The notes beneath the pieces are model-generated. The model had not been told where the DNA came from, ran no database searches, and was given only the letters and a program-made list of their open reading frames with translations. DNA of 64,000 bases, from positions 124,001 to 188,000 of IMG/VR virus record IMGVR_UViG_3300045996_002337, one strand, 5' to 3'. A program made the translations under genes and the position numbers. Positions 44,314-53,968 of the stretch are shown piece after piece; the first letter of the stretch is position 1, and the number at the start of each line of letters is the position of its first letter.

Positions 44314-46272
44314 ATGCTTATTGATCGCCCACAAATTGTAGAAAACTCCACTATCGTAAACACGACAGTAGCTTCAGGAACAGCCTTCCCCGCCCAACCA
44401 TCAGCCGGCGAGCTGTTCTACTTGACAACAGGTGAAGTAGGACTTTACTCGTACAGCGGCACGGTTTGGCTTCTTTCTGCCACGAACGCGGCCCTGACTG
44501 CCCACATTGCAGATGAGACAAAGCACCTTTCGGCTGCGCAGAACACTCTCCTTGACGGGGTAACAGTCACCAGTGCTGAACTCAACACGATTCCAGCCCT
44601 AACTACTCGTGTAACTGATGTCGAAACAGATCTTGACGGCCATATAACCAATCAAGCGGTTCACCTTACAGCAGCGCAGAACACGCTTCTTGACGGGCTC
44701 TCGGCGTCTCTAACCGCAGCCGAGTTGAACCATGTAGTTGGCGTAACCTCGCCGATCCAAGCTCAGCTTAACGCAATTGTCCAGGTGAATAACCAACAGG
44801 GCACTGACATCATTGACCTGCAAGATGCAGCATCCGGTGGAGCGGCCGCTGTGCAGGAAGAGCTCGACACCCACGTTGCCGACCAGACTGTTCACTTGAC
44901 CGCAGCACAGAACACCTTTCTAGATGGCGTTACAGTCACGGCCGCAGAAGTGAACTTTCTTTCAGGTGTCACTTCATCCGTTCAGACGCAACTTACGACA
45001 ACCGCAGGTGCCGTGGCTGGGTTGGGAACGAGCAAGCTAAGCGTCGACGGCACAAACGCAATGGCAGCAAATCTAAATGCTGGCAACTTTCGAATCATCA
45101 ACCTTGCAGCTCCTACGGCGCAAACTGACGCGGTCACCAAAGAGTACGTGGACAACTTTGTTCAAGGCCTGCACTGGGTTGGTTCAGCAAGGGCAGCAAC
45201 AACCGCGAACATCACGCTATCCGGTCTTCAGACTGTCGACGGCGTGGTGCTTGCAGTTGCAGATCGCGTGCTCGTCAAGGACCAGACGACTACATCACAG
45301 AACGGTGTGTGGCTTGCGGCGGCTGGAGCTTGGTCTCGCGCCACCGACTACAACACGACTGTAGAGGTTTCAAACTCAGCAGTGTTCGTTCTAGAGGGCA
45401 CTGTCAATTTGAAATCTACATGGGTACAGACATCGACATCTCCGGTAATTGGAACTGACCCGATCGTTTTTACCGCCTTCTCGGGACCAACGATCAACAC
45501 CGCAGGGGCGGGTGTTCAGTTCATTTCCACCGGTCACGTTGCCCTAGATCTTTATACTGGCGGCGGGCTCATGCTCACGTCAAACGGCACCGCTGCTGAT
45601 GCGAGCAACCCAGATTCTAAGTTGGCCCTCACAAACATCGGAACTGCGGGCACATATCGCTCAGTGACAGTCGATGCAAAGGGGCGAGTTAGCGCTGGGA
45701 CAAACCCGACGACAATTGCCGGTTACGGCTTGACTGACGCTGTTTCAAAAGCGGGCGACACCATGACCGGCCCGCTCGCTGTTAATGGACGTGTTTCAAT
45801 CACGAACACGACTGGCACACAGTATCTGCTCATGGGTAACCAAGATGCTGGAGGTCTCAACAAACCAGGCATGGTGGTTGCCACCGATGGTAGCATCCGA
45901 ATTGGACAAGGCACTTCATGGACAGGCAACGGTGGAACCTTCACAGCTGGGTTGTCTGTTACCAACGGAGTCGTAACAGACAGCTCTGGAAATGAGCTTG
46001 GCTGGAAGAACATTCCGCCAGTCGGAGCATGGACGGCTGGAGCGTGCTTCGTAACCACGACAAACCAGAACATTGACACAACCCCAGCTGGCACTGTCTA
46101 TTCGATCTATAACAACTCAGCGGTGTCGATCACAATTACGCCTATCAGCGGCGTGGTTCTTTACCTTGGTGGTACGGCCTCTGTCGGCGTGCGTACTCTT
46201 CTTCCGCATGGCTACGCCACGATTTGGTTTAGAACGACGGGTGAAGCTGTGATCAACGGGAACGTAACGTGA
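44314..46272 (+). CDS. Fibre/structural protein with three HLxAAQNTxLDG repeats
   Basis: Repeats, DAVTKEYVD, and LSGLQTVDGV and GTYRSVT modules shared with genes at 4.9-11.8 kb. Confidence 0.7.
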   Translation: MLIDRPQIVENSTIVNTTVASGTAFPAQPSAGELFYLTTGEVGLYSYSGTVWLLSATNAALTAHIADETKHLSAAQNTLLDGVTVTSAELNTIPALTTRVTDVETDLDGHITNQAVHLTAAQNTLLDGLSASLTAAELNHVVGVTSPIQAQLNAIVQVNNQQGTDIIDLQDAASGGAAAVQEELDTHVADQTVHLTAAQNTFLDGVTVTAAEVNFLSGVTSSVQTQLTTTAGAVAGLGTSKLSVDGTNAMAANLNAGNFRIINLAAPTAQTDAVTKEYVDNFVQGLHWVGSARAATTANITLSGLQTVDGVVLAVADRVLVKDQTTTSQNGVWLAAAGAWSRATDYNTTVEVSNSAVFVLEGTVNLKSTWVQTSTSPVIGTDPIVFTAFSGPTINTAGAGVQFISTGHVALDLYTGGGLMLTSNGTAADASNPDSKLALTNIGTAGTYRSVTVDAKGRVSAGTNPTTIAGYGLTDAVSKAGDTMTGPLAVNGRVSITNTTGTQYLLMGNQDAGGLNKPGMVVATDGSIRIGQGTSWTGNGGTFTAGLSVTNGVVTDSSGNELGWKNIPPVGAWTAGACFVTTTNQNIDTTPAGTVYSIYNNSAVSITITPISGVVLYLGGTASVGVRTLLPHGYATIWFRTTGEAVINGNVT

Positions 46273-47060
46273 TTCGATCGCAAGTTTACAGCAAGCAGCA
46301 CATGGGCCTTGGGCTCAGTGACGGTTCTTCAGCGGCTAACGCTGGCGGGTCCGCGCTTCAAATCAAGCAACGTACAGGCACCACCACAAATGGCCTGTAC
46401 TGGATCAAGCCGCCAAATGGACCTGCGGAGCAGGTGTGGTGTGACATGAACACGGCTGGTGGTGGATGGATTTTGATTGCGCGAACTCACCCTTCGTTCT
46501 CTCCAACGATGGGAACCTTTGGTTGGAACTCGTCAACGCTGATTGGTGGAGCCACTACATTCGGCGCCGGTTATCACCTAGGTCTAAAGCGCTTGACTGA
46601 TGCAGGTTTTTTATTCAACTCGTTCATTTATGGCAATCAACGAGACATCGTAAGCAACGAATGGGGTCCTTTCGTTTATCAGGTTGGGATTTATACGCCG
46701 ATTTCATTCATGGGAAACATAGATCCACCCGAGCGCTTAAACGAACGGTCGACGGTCAAAATGGATTTGAACGTGTATGGGAGCTCTGCATTTCCTCCCA
46801 TGCAGCAATACATGAGTCCTAGAGAAACGACAACAACGAATGAGAATTTATTCAACATGCGAGATGTTACCCCATCATCGGGATATGGTATTTCCCCAGT
46901 TGGCATGTTAACAGGTTACTGTAATTCTGCGGGGGTGCCATGGTATGCAGGCGCATTCTGCAATGGGGCGACCTTAAGCGGCAATGACTGGGTGCAGGGT
47001 GGGTCCTCATTAGTTACGAACATGGGCGGTACGAGTCAAGTGATGCTCATGGTCCGGTAA
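46269..47060 (+). CDS. Fibrinogen-like (FReD/lectin) domain protein
   Basis: NGLYWIKP...QVWCDMNTAGGGWILIAR. Confidence 0.75.
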   Translation: MIRSQVYSKQHMGLGLSDGSSAANAGGSALQIKQRTGTTTNGLYWIKPPNGPAEQVWCDMNTAGGGWILIARTHPSFSPTMGTFGWNSSTLIGGATTFGAGYHLGLKRLTDAGFLFNSFIYGNQRDIVSNEWGPFVYQVGIYTPISFMGNIDPPERLNERSTVKMDLNVYGSSAFPPMQQYMSPRETTTTNENLFNMRDVTPSSGYGISPVGMLTGYCNSAGVPWYAGAFCNGATLSGNDWVQGGSSLVTNMGGTSQVMLMVR

Positions 47061-47063
47061 CGG

Positions 47064-47089
47064 AAAAGGGTTCCTCACGGAACCCTTTT
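47064..47089. terminator. Bidirectional terminator
   Basis: aaaagggttcc-tcac-ggaaccctttt. Confidence 0.85.
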
Positions 47090-47129
47090 TCTTATTTGTC
47101 AACTAATGCTATAATTGTTGCGCGCTGTG

Positions 47130-48620
47130 TTATGACAGTGTCACAGCATGACCCCAAAGCCCATCGATGTGATCTACGACAGCTACTGCGTCGTCCTCAT
47201 CGAGCGTGCGGCCAAGATACGGCTTGTACTTCAGGACAAGAGCGCGGTCGTCCTTAGGCGTTCCGATACCAGTAACCGCGATCTGCGGAACGTAGTTGAT
47301 TCGCTCCATGGACCGAGCCAGAGAATTACGGAGGTTTTGGTATCCCACATCGTCGTGAATCTCACTTACGAATGCGCTCGGATCTTCTTCTTCCTCGTCA
47401 TCTGGGTAATTCACCTTGACCGAGAACATCTTCATGTCTCGGATGACCTTCGGTGAAAGATACTGCGCCACGAAGCTGTCGTCGCGGTGCTCAAACGCTG
47501 CTTCCTTGACGGCATCCTGCCAACGCTTTCCAATTAGCTGGGGGAACCATTCACGGTCCTCATCCGTTGGATTTTCGCAGATGCGTTTCACGTCCATGAG
47601 AATGTTAAAGCCGAGGGCATACGGGTTAATGCCGCTGTACCAGCGCTTCGTGTACTCAGGTTGATAGATGACACCGCTGTGGTAGTTCAAGAACGAAATG
47701 AAGGCGTCAGGTGAAAGGAACCCCTTCTCCTCCAACCGGGTCATGATGTAGTAGTGTGTGAAGGTTGCAAAGCCTTCGTTCAGGTTCTTCGTCTGCCCCT
47801 GCGGGTAGAAGTATTGATTCACCTTGTACACGATCCGAAGAATTTCACGCTTCCACTGGGGCAGAGTAGACGAGTTCTTCATGATAAAGTAGAGAAGATT
47901 CTCTTCTTCCTCGATCTGGTCATCCTCATCATGATCAGAAAGGTCAACTTCCTTGAAGCTTGTTTTCTTCAAGATGATGTCCAGCTCACGCTGCTTAGCC
48001 TCTTCATCATCGAGCAGCTTCTTCAGTCGAGATTCCTCGCTCAACTTGGGCTGGTGCTTCCGCTTGAACTTGTCAACGCCGTGAGGGGCAATCGCGTGGG
48101 CAGCATCAAGAACTTCCTCGACCTCTTCCTCACCGTACCGGTCTTCGCATTGACGAATGTAATCGCGCGCGAAGATCATGTAGTCAACGATGGAGCCTGC
48201 ATTTGTCCACTGCTTGAAGCACTCGTTGTTCTTGAACACAGCGTTATGGCCGATGGCCGCGTGCGCAATCACCATCGTCTGCATGAGCATGTCGTTTTCC
48301 TCCATGAGGTACGAAATGCACGGGTTCGTGTTGATCACGATTTCATATGCAAGGCCTTGGTGGCCTTTCTCATAAGCGCGCGAGCTCTTGAGAAAGTCCT
48401 TACCAAAGGACCAGTGGTTGTAGTGGATCGGAAGACCGATTGAGCTGTACGCATCGAGCATCTGCTCAGCGGAGATGATTTCGATGGAGTTAGGGTAGAA
48501 GTCCACGCCGGGCTTCAGTTCCATCTCCTCCTCTGCAATCTTCTCAATCTCCTTATACATCCTCGCAATCAGATCTGGGGTCCAATCGGTACGTGATGTG
48601 ACATAGAGCGGTTCAGTCAT
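47130..48620 (-). CDS. ycgB: SpoVR/YcgB family protein
   Basis: GLPIHYNHWSFGK, LAYEIVIN, AHAAIGH, YFYPQGQTK..NEGFA, NPYALGF. Confidence 0.93.
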   Translation of the reverse strand: MTEPLYVTSRTDWTPDLIARMYKEIEKIAEEEMELKPGVDFYPNSIEIISAEQMLDAYSSIGLPIHYNHWSFGKDFLKSSRAYEKGHQGLAYEIVINTNPCISYLMEENDMLMQTMVIAHAAIGHNAVFKNNECFKQWTNAGSIVDYMIFARDYIRQCEDRYGEEEVEEVLDAAHAIAPHGVDKFKRKHQPKLSEESRLKKLLDDEEAKQRELDIILKKTSFKEVDLSDHDEDDQIEEEENLLYFIMKNSSTLPQWKREILRIVYKVNQYFYPQGQTKNLNEGFATFTHYYIMTRLEEKGFLSPDAFISFLNYHSGVIYQPEYTKRWYSGINPYALGFNILMDVKRICENPTDEDREWFPQLIGKRWQDAVKEAAFEHRDDSFVAQYLSPKVIRDMKMFSVKVNYPDDEEEEDPSAFVSEIHDDVGYQNLRNSLARSMERINYVPQIAVTGIGTPKDDRALVLKYKPYLGRTLDEDDAVAVVDHIDGLWGHAVTLS

Positions 48621-49978
48621 TTCTTACCTTTCTTCTTTCCATACAGCGACTTGAAGGCATCGAATACCTGCGCCTCATCAGCAATTTTAACACAAGCCAG
48701 CTTACGGTTAGTGTTAGAAATTGACATCATGACGTTCCACAGAGTGGGTGAACCGCCAAACGAAGCTGCAAAGTTTTGACCGACTTGAACATACACGGCA
48801 TGTCGCACCTTTGCGAGGAGGCCCTTAGTTTCAATTTCATCAATCACGTTTGCGTTATCATTGTCCCAGTTGTCACCGTCACCAGCATACGACAGGTAAA
48901 TGTTTGTCTGATTCGCATCATACCGTGACTTGATGATGTCATGCATCATTGCCCAGGCTGGTGAGACCGTCGTGCCACCACTCAAGCGCGTGGTGAAAAA
49001 CTCCTCTTCAGAGAGCTCGTGCGGCTCGTCAGTGTGAGCGATGAAGATCAGGTCAGTCGTCGGGTACTTACGCTTAATGAAGGCGTACTGTAGAGAGAAG
49101 AACTTGCGCGCCATCCGCTTCTTATCTTCATCCATCGACCCTGAAACGTCCATGATCATGCCAAGCACGGCGTCTGACGCCTTTACTTGAACCTTCTCAG
49201 ATTTACGGTAACGAAGATCAACATCCTCAAAAATCGGCATTGACGAGACCTTCTGCTTCAGCTCAGCGATGCGCAGCGCAACTTCCTGAACGCGAAGTGC
49301 CCATGCATCTACGCCTGCCTCATGCTCATGATCGTCGGCCATGAGCTCAGCCAGCTCAGCCTCAAGCTCAGCAAGTTCATCACGTGAGTCCTTTGTAAGA
49401 GCCAGTCGCCGCGCCTTTGAGTGCTTGAAGGACCGAATTACTGAAAGTTGCCCTGGGTTGCCGACCTTTTGGAAGCCTGCCCGTTGCATCTTGAATTCTG
49501 GCAGGTCCTTCTCGTGCGTTTCCTTCAGGTCTGGTAGTTCGCAGTCCTCAAAGAACACGTCAAAGAACTCAGAGCGCGAGATGTTGACGATGAAGTCATC
49601 TTCACCTTCTTCACCAGGGCCATTGCCGTTTCCACGACCACCTGATCCTCCGCTAGGGTTGATTGGAAATTCATCTCCCTTCAGCCAGTGATCGTTGCCA
49701 ATCAGGACGATTTCGCGCTCACCAATGTTTGGGTCGTAATGAAATGTCGGTTCGCTCAATGCGTGCCGCGCAACTTTAACCGGGTTCGTGTAGTTGCCGG
49801 CCCCCTGAGGGCCACCGGCTTTGCCCACGCCGCCAGCATCGATGTCTTCAGGCTTCGCATTCTTAATCGAATCCTTGACGCGCTTCAGCAACTTCTGTCG
49901 GTTATTCAGCGACTTTCCACGACCAGTCTTACGTCGATCGACGAAGATAAAGGTCGTGGAGGTAGGAGTGGTAGCCAT
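48617..49978 (-). CDS. yeaH: YeaH/YhbH (UPF0229) vWA protein
   Basis: KSLNNRQK, LSEPTF, MDVSGSM, SGGT, GDGDNW. Confidence 0.92.
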   Translation of the reverse strand: MATTPTSTTFIFVDRRKTGRGKSLNNRQKLLKRVKDSIKNAKPEDIDAGGVGKAGGPQGAGNYTNPVKVARHALSEPTFHYDPNIGEREIVLIGNDHWLKGDEFPINPSGGSGGRGNGNGPGEEGEDDFIVNISRSEFFDVFFEDCELPDLKETHEKDLPEFKMQRAGFQKVGNPGQLSVIRSFKHSKARRLALTKDSRDELAELEAELAELMADDHEHEAGVDAWALRVQEVALRIAELKQKVSSMPIFEDVDLRYRKSEKVQVKASDAVLGMIMDVSGSMDEDKKRMARKFFSLQYAFIKRKYPTTDLIFIAHTDEPHELSEEEFFTTRLSGGTTVSPAWAMMHDIIKSRYDANQTNIYLSYAGDGDNWDNDNANVIDEIETKGLLAKVRHAVYVQVGQNFAASFGGSPTLWNVMMSISNTNRKLACVKIADEAQVFDAFKSLYGKKKGKK

Positions 49979-49998
49979 TCCTAACCTCCTTTAGTTAA

Positions 49999-51963
49999 TT
50001 ACGACGACTTACGGTTGTTGGAAAACCAATTGACCAAGATTTGAACTTGGTGTGGGGTGTAACCCTTTTCAACCATACGCTCAACAAAACCGCGGTGCTT
50101 CTCTTCGGTTTCCTTGTCTTGCTTTGGACCGAAGGCAATCACTGGCATGATTTGCTCAGTGGCAGCGAACATGCGCTTTTCGATGACCGTCTTGATCTTT
50201 TCGTACTGGTCCCAGCGAGGCGACTTGCCTTCGTTCTTCGCCTTGTGACGGAGAACATAGTGCACGATGTCATTGCGGAAGTCCTTCGCGTTTGTAATCG
50301 CGGCGGCCTTTTCAATTTCCTCAAGCTTCTGATTCAGCGTGTCGCGGTTGAGAAGCTGATGTGTTTCGGGATCACGGGTCTGTTCATCATCGATCCATGC
50401 TGCAGCGAACTGAACATAACGTTCGAACATGTTCTGACCGAACGAGCTGTACGACTCAAGGTAGGCGGTGCGCAGTTCTTTCTCGAGGAACTCGAAATAG
50501 CGCGGTTGCAGGTGCGACTTGATGAAGTCAACGTAGCGCGTGAACTTCTCTTCAGGGAGAGCCTCCTTCTTGATCGCCTCTTCGATGACATACATCAGGT
50601 CGATCGGGTTCGCTTGGAACTCCTCTGGACGAAGGTCAAAGACCGACGACAGAACCTTGAAGGCAAAACGGGTCGACATGCCGTTCATTCCTTCATCAAC
50701 GCCAGCTGCATCGCGATACTCTTCGTACGGCTTGGCGTTCGGCATCGTGTCCTTAACGTTCTCGCCGTTGTACACACGAAGCTTGGCGTAGATCGTCGAG
50801 TTTTCCGGTTCCTTGAGACGCGTCAGAATCATCCACTGCGCAAGCATCTTCAACGTGCCGGGGGCGATCGGTGCCTTGCTGAGGCTGGAGCCGCTCAGCA
50901 TCTTCTCGTAGATCTTGATCTCCTCGTTCACGCGCAGGCAGTACGGCACATCAACGATAAAGACGCGGTCCAAGAAAGCTTCGTTCGTCTTGTTGTTCTT
51001 GAACGCGAACCATTCAGATTCGTTCGAGTGGGCGCAGATGATGCCGGTGTAAGGCATCGCGGGGATGGCTTCCGTGCCGTTGTAGTTGTGTTCTTGCGTT
51101 GCCATCAGGAGCGGGTTAAGCGTCTTGATGTTCGCCTTGAACATTTCAGCGAAGTCCATCAGGCCTTGGTTCGTGCGGTTCAAGCCACCGCTGTACGAGT
51201 ACGAGTACGGGTGATTCTGCGGGAACTTCTCCAGCTTGCGCAGGTCTGTCTTGCCGATCAGGACCGAAACGTCTTGGTTGTTCTCATCGCCTGGCTCGAC
51301 CTTCATGACGCCGATTTGGCGATCCTTATTAGGCCACAGCTTTACGACCGAGAAGCGGGTGATGTCGCCACCGAATTCCTGCAGCTTTTGCTGAGCCCAG
51401 CCAGAGAGAACAGTTTGGCCGATCAGGTTGCGCGGAATGCCGATTTCATTGACGAGCGCCATGTGATCTGCATCGTACTTGTCGAACAGGCCGAGCGGGC
51501 TTTCAAAGACTGGCGAGGTGGCCAGCTCAGGGTCCTTTTCGCTTGCATCGTGCAGCACGTAGATGGGGTGCTTCTCCATCAGCGATTTCAGGCGTTCGAC
51601 GAGTGAGGACTTACCACCACCGACTGGACCCTTGAGGTACAGGATCTGCTTGGATTCTTCCAGGCCGGCCGACGCGTGGCGGAAGTAGGCGGCAATGCGT
51701 TCGATGGTGTCTTCCATGCCGTGGAAGTCGTCGAAGCCTTGGTAAAGGCGGACCTTCTTGTTCGAGTGAATGCGCGAAAGGCGCGGATCCTCAGAGGTGT
51801 CAACGATGCGTGCATCGCCAATTGCTGCAACCATGCGCTCTGCAGCGGTTGCGTAGGCCATCTGGTCCGTCTTGCAGAGGTCCAGATATTGATCGAGGGT
51901 TAGAACCTCGGGCTTGGAAAACTTCTTCTCGAAAGAAGCCTTGAGAGATGACAAGGTGCTCAT
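49999..51963 (-). CDS. prkA: PrkA/YeaG AAA+ ATPase/serine kinase
   Basis: LEESKQILYLKGPVGGGKSS, EPGDENNQD, NQGLMDFAEMFK, AHSNESEW, PYCLR. Confidence 0.95.
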   Translation of the reverse strand: MSTLSSLKASFEKKFSKPEVLTLDQYLDLCKTDQMAYATAAERMVAAIGDARIVDTSEDPRLSRIHSNKKVRLYQGFDDFHGMEDTIERIAAYFRHASAGLEESKQILYLKGPVGGGKSSLVERLKSLMEKHPIYVLHDASEKDPELATSPVFESPLGLFDKYDADHMALVNEIGIPRNLIGQTVLSGWAQQKLQEFGGDITRFSVVKLWPNKDRQIGVMKVEPGDENNQDVSVLIGKTDLRKLEKFPQNHPYSYSYSGGLNRTNQGLMDFAEMFKANIKTLNPLLMATQEHNYNGTEAIPAMPYTGIICAHSNESEWFAFKNNKTNEAFLDRVFIVDVPYCLRVNEEIKIYEKMLSGSSLSKAPIAPGTLKMLAQWMILTRLKEPENSTIYAKLRVYNGENVKDTMPNAKPYEEYRDAAGVDEGMNGMSTRFAFKVLSSVFDLRPEEFQANPIDLMYVIEEAIKKEALPEEKFTRYVDFIKSHLQPRYFEFLEKELRTAYLESYSSFGQNMFERYVQFAAAWIDDEQTRDPETHQLLNRDTLNQKLEEIEKAAAITNAKDFRNDIVHYVLRHKAKNEGKSPRWDQYEKIKTVIEKRMFAATEQIMPVIAFGPKQDKETEEKHRGFVERMVEKGYTPHQVQILVNWFSNNRKSS

Positions 51964-52007
51964 TAGAATCCCCTTTAAAAATGGGTTGACGAGTCTGCTA
52001 TTTGCGG

Positions 52008-52014
52008 TATTTAG
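52008..52014 (-). promoter_or_regulatory. Late-type promoter CTAAATA upstream of prkA
   Basis: Same box at 44252 and 62813. Confidence 0.45.
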
Positions 52015-52031
52015 AGAGTAATGGAAAGCGT

Positions 52032-52451
52032 TTAGGTTTGCTCGCCCTCCGAAACATGGTCAAGATGGAACATTTGTCCATGAACGACGGCGCTCGTTTC
52101 AATGACGAGGTTGCGGTAAAGAATTTTCTTCGCGATCAACTTGGCGCCAGCCTTGACCGCAAGAGTACCCTCAACTCGAATTACATCACACACGAGGTTG
52201 CCGGTGATGATGACGTTTGTGACAGTGACGTCTAGCGCCCGGTCAAAAGATGGAGCACTCAGCTTGCCATTGACAACCAGGGTGGTTTTAGTATCCACCT
52301 TACCATCCTCGGCAGGGATCGTTGAGATAACCTGCGCTGCGACTTCTCCGTCGATAACGAAGGTGCCGTTACGGGCGAGCGTGATGTCACCAGTAATTTT
52401 GGTACCAGCGCCAATCAGCGAATCAAAACCGCGGGGGCGAAAAATGCTCAT
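52032..52451 (-). CDS. Bactofilin (polymer-forming cytoskeletal protein)
   Basis: SLIGAGTKITGDI...IDGEV...V.GNL....EG.L......L....VI...AVVHGQM beta-solenoid. Confidence 0.8.
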   Translation of the reverse strand: MSIFRPRGFDSLIGAGTKITGDITLARNGTFVIDGEVAAQVISTIPAEDGKVDTKTTLVVNGKLSAPSFDRALDVTVTNVIITGNLVCDVIRVEGTLAVKAGAKLIAKKILYRNLVIETSAVVHGQMFHLDHVSEGEQT

Positions 52452-53011
52452 CGTGCTCTCTTCAAAGTAATAAACGTAAAGTGGATGCCGTCATCAGTTT
52501 GTTGACGGTCGCTCATTTCGGTAAGATACCATTTTACACCAATTTTCGCCTGTTGGAGGACAAATAGCTTCCAGGCGCTCAGGTCGAAGGGCAAAATAAC
52601 ATCGCCACCAGAGTTTTCATCGACGAGTGTCAAGTAAATTTCATCGACCATCTTCAGCTCCAACGCCTGCGCATAGACGTTGGCGCCACCAATGAGCCAG
52701 ACATCTGGTGCGGTGCGCCCAAGGCATGCCTGTGATGCCTGAACCCAATCGAAACTGGAGATGATGTCGATCTTGTCACCTGACTTCCCGCGAATTTCAC
52801 CGTAAGGTTTCCGAGTCATCACGATGTTTCGACGGTTTGGGAGACCATTTGGTCTCCCGAGAGATTCGAAGGTGTTCCATCCCATGACAACTGTGCCGCC
52901 AGTCGTGAGCTCCTTGAACCGTGCCATGTCCCCGGGAATCTTCCACGGCAGACGACCATCTTTCCAACCAATCGCGTTGCCGCGATCGACCGCCACGATC
53001 ATCTTCAGCAT
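52448..53011 (-). CDS. folA: Dihydrofolate reductase
   Basis: IVAVDRGNAIG...LPWKIPGDMARFKELT...VVMG..T.ESL..LPNRRNIV..IGGA. Confidence 0.95.
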   Translation of the reverse strand: MLKMIVAVDRGNAIGWKDGRLPWKIPGDMARFKELTTGGTVVMGWNTFESLGRPNGLPNRRNIVMTRKPYGEIRGKSGDKIDIISSFDWVQASQACLGRTAPDVWLIGGANVYAQALELKMVDEIYLTLVDENSGGDVILPFDLSAWKLFVLQQAKIGVKWYLTEMSDRQQTDDGIHFTFITLKRAR

Positions 53012-53268
53012 TCGATAAGCTCCTTTAGATTTTCAACCGGTGGGATGGGGCCACGTGAAAAACGGCTGTAGAAAAGATCAGTGCACGACTTTGGGCCGAT
53101 GTAATCATAGTTGACGTAGTAGTCTGGTACTGGAAGTTCTCGATCTTTCATCGCTTCCATGCTATATTTCAGCGCCTCAGCTTCAGTTCTGAACGTCAAG
53201 TATCCGCTGATTCTTGAACCCCAGCCCCGCTCATATTCAACACGCTCTATAACGTAAACAATCTTCAC
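53005..53268 (-). CDS. Hypothetical protein
   Basis: 87 aa coupled ORF. Confidence 0.55.
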   Translation of the reverse strand: MKIVYVIERVEYERGWGSRISGYLTFRTEAEALKYSMEAMKDRELPVPDYYVNYDYIGPKSCTDLFYSRFSRGPIPPVENLKELIEC

Positions 53269-53942
53269 GGTTGTTCCAATGTTTCCTGCTTTGGCTCATA
53301 TGCGTTCATGATGTGCTCAATCAGCTGCAATTGGTTGATCAGTTGCAACTTGATGTTCTCGAACACGCCTTCTTGGTCAGGGAACCGACGACGGGCAAGC
53401 TTGATACGGTGCAGGAACTCTTCGACGGTTTCTTTGATGTAGCGCTCAAGGCGAGCTGGCTTGAACACACCAAACATCGTTGCAACGTTGTTTGCGCGGT
53501 CACCCGCTTTCACGACCGCGGTGTCTTCATCCGCGAAGATGGTATCAAGGCTGTAATCTGGGTTCTTGATGCCCATGATTTCCTTAGACAGCTTGCGAAC
53601 TTTTTCGGCGATCTGATCACCCCAAAGCTGCGAAACTTCTTCAAGCGAGACGTAGTGCTTTTGCTTCGTTTCTTTATCAGTGCGCGGGTCTTCAACTGCG
53701 TCGTGAAGGAACACGAGGATATAAACCGTCACCGGGTTGCGGATGTGCCGGTGCAAGGTGCGAAGGTCGTGAAAGATGCTCAACTGGTGGATGAACTCCG
53801 GTTCACCGCCGTTGCGCAGTCCGTCGTGGTGGGCTGCGCCATATTCCATGGCTTCGAGGACCTTGAAATAACGGTGATCAGACTCCGCCATTCCAAGAAG
53901 CCAGTAGCGGGCGGCGATCATCAGCTTTTCGTATTTGGTCAT
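53265..53942 (-). CDS. HD-domain (p)ppGpp hydrolase-like protein (SpoT/Mesh1-type)
   Basis: AHHDGLR.GGEPEFIH...LHDAVED...VKAGDRANN. Confidence 0.75.
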   Translation of the reverse strand: MTKYEKLMIAARYWLLGMAESDHRYFKVLEAMEYGAAHHDGLRNGGEPEFIHQLSIFHDLRTLHRHIRNPVTVYILVFLHDAVEDPRTDKETKQKHYVSLEEVSQLWGDQIAEKVRKLSKEIMGIKNPDYSLDTIFADEDTAVVKAGDRANNVATMFGVFKPARLERYIKETVEEFLHRIKLARRRFPDQEGVFENIKLQLINQLQLIEHIMNAYEPKQETLEQP

Positions 53943-53968
53943 AAGTTTATTATAACACAAAAGCGCGA

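Noticed and set aside
40562-47060. Plus-strand fibre islands as an invertible host-range switch
   Set aside because: No recombinase or flanking inverted repeats seen; shared modules are diverged at DNA level; each island has its own late promoter and terminator
50041-51606. 521-aa plus-strand ORF (and similar ones at 57538-58686, 19779-20825, 26062-27078, 5962-6885)
   Set aside because: Antisense shadows of the minus-strand genes (prkA, rsr, gp52, the 25741 hypothetical gene, the fibre gene); no recognisable motifs and no RBS or promoter context
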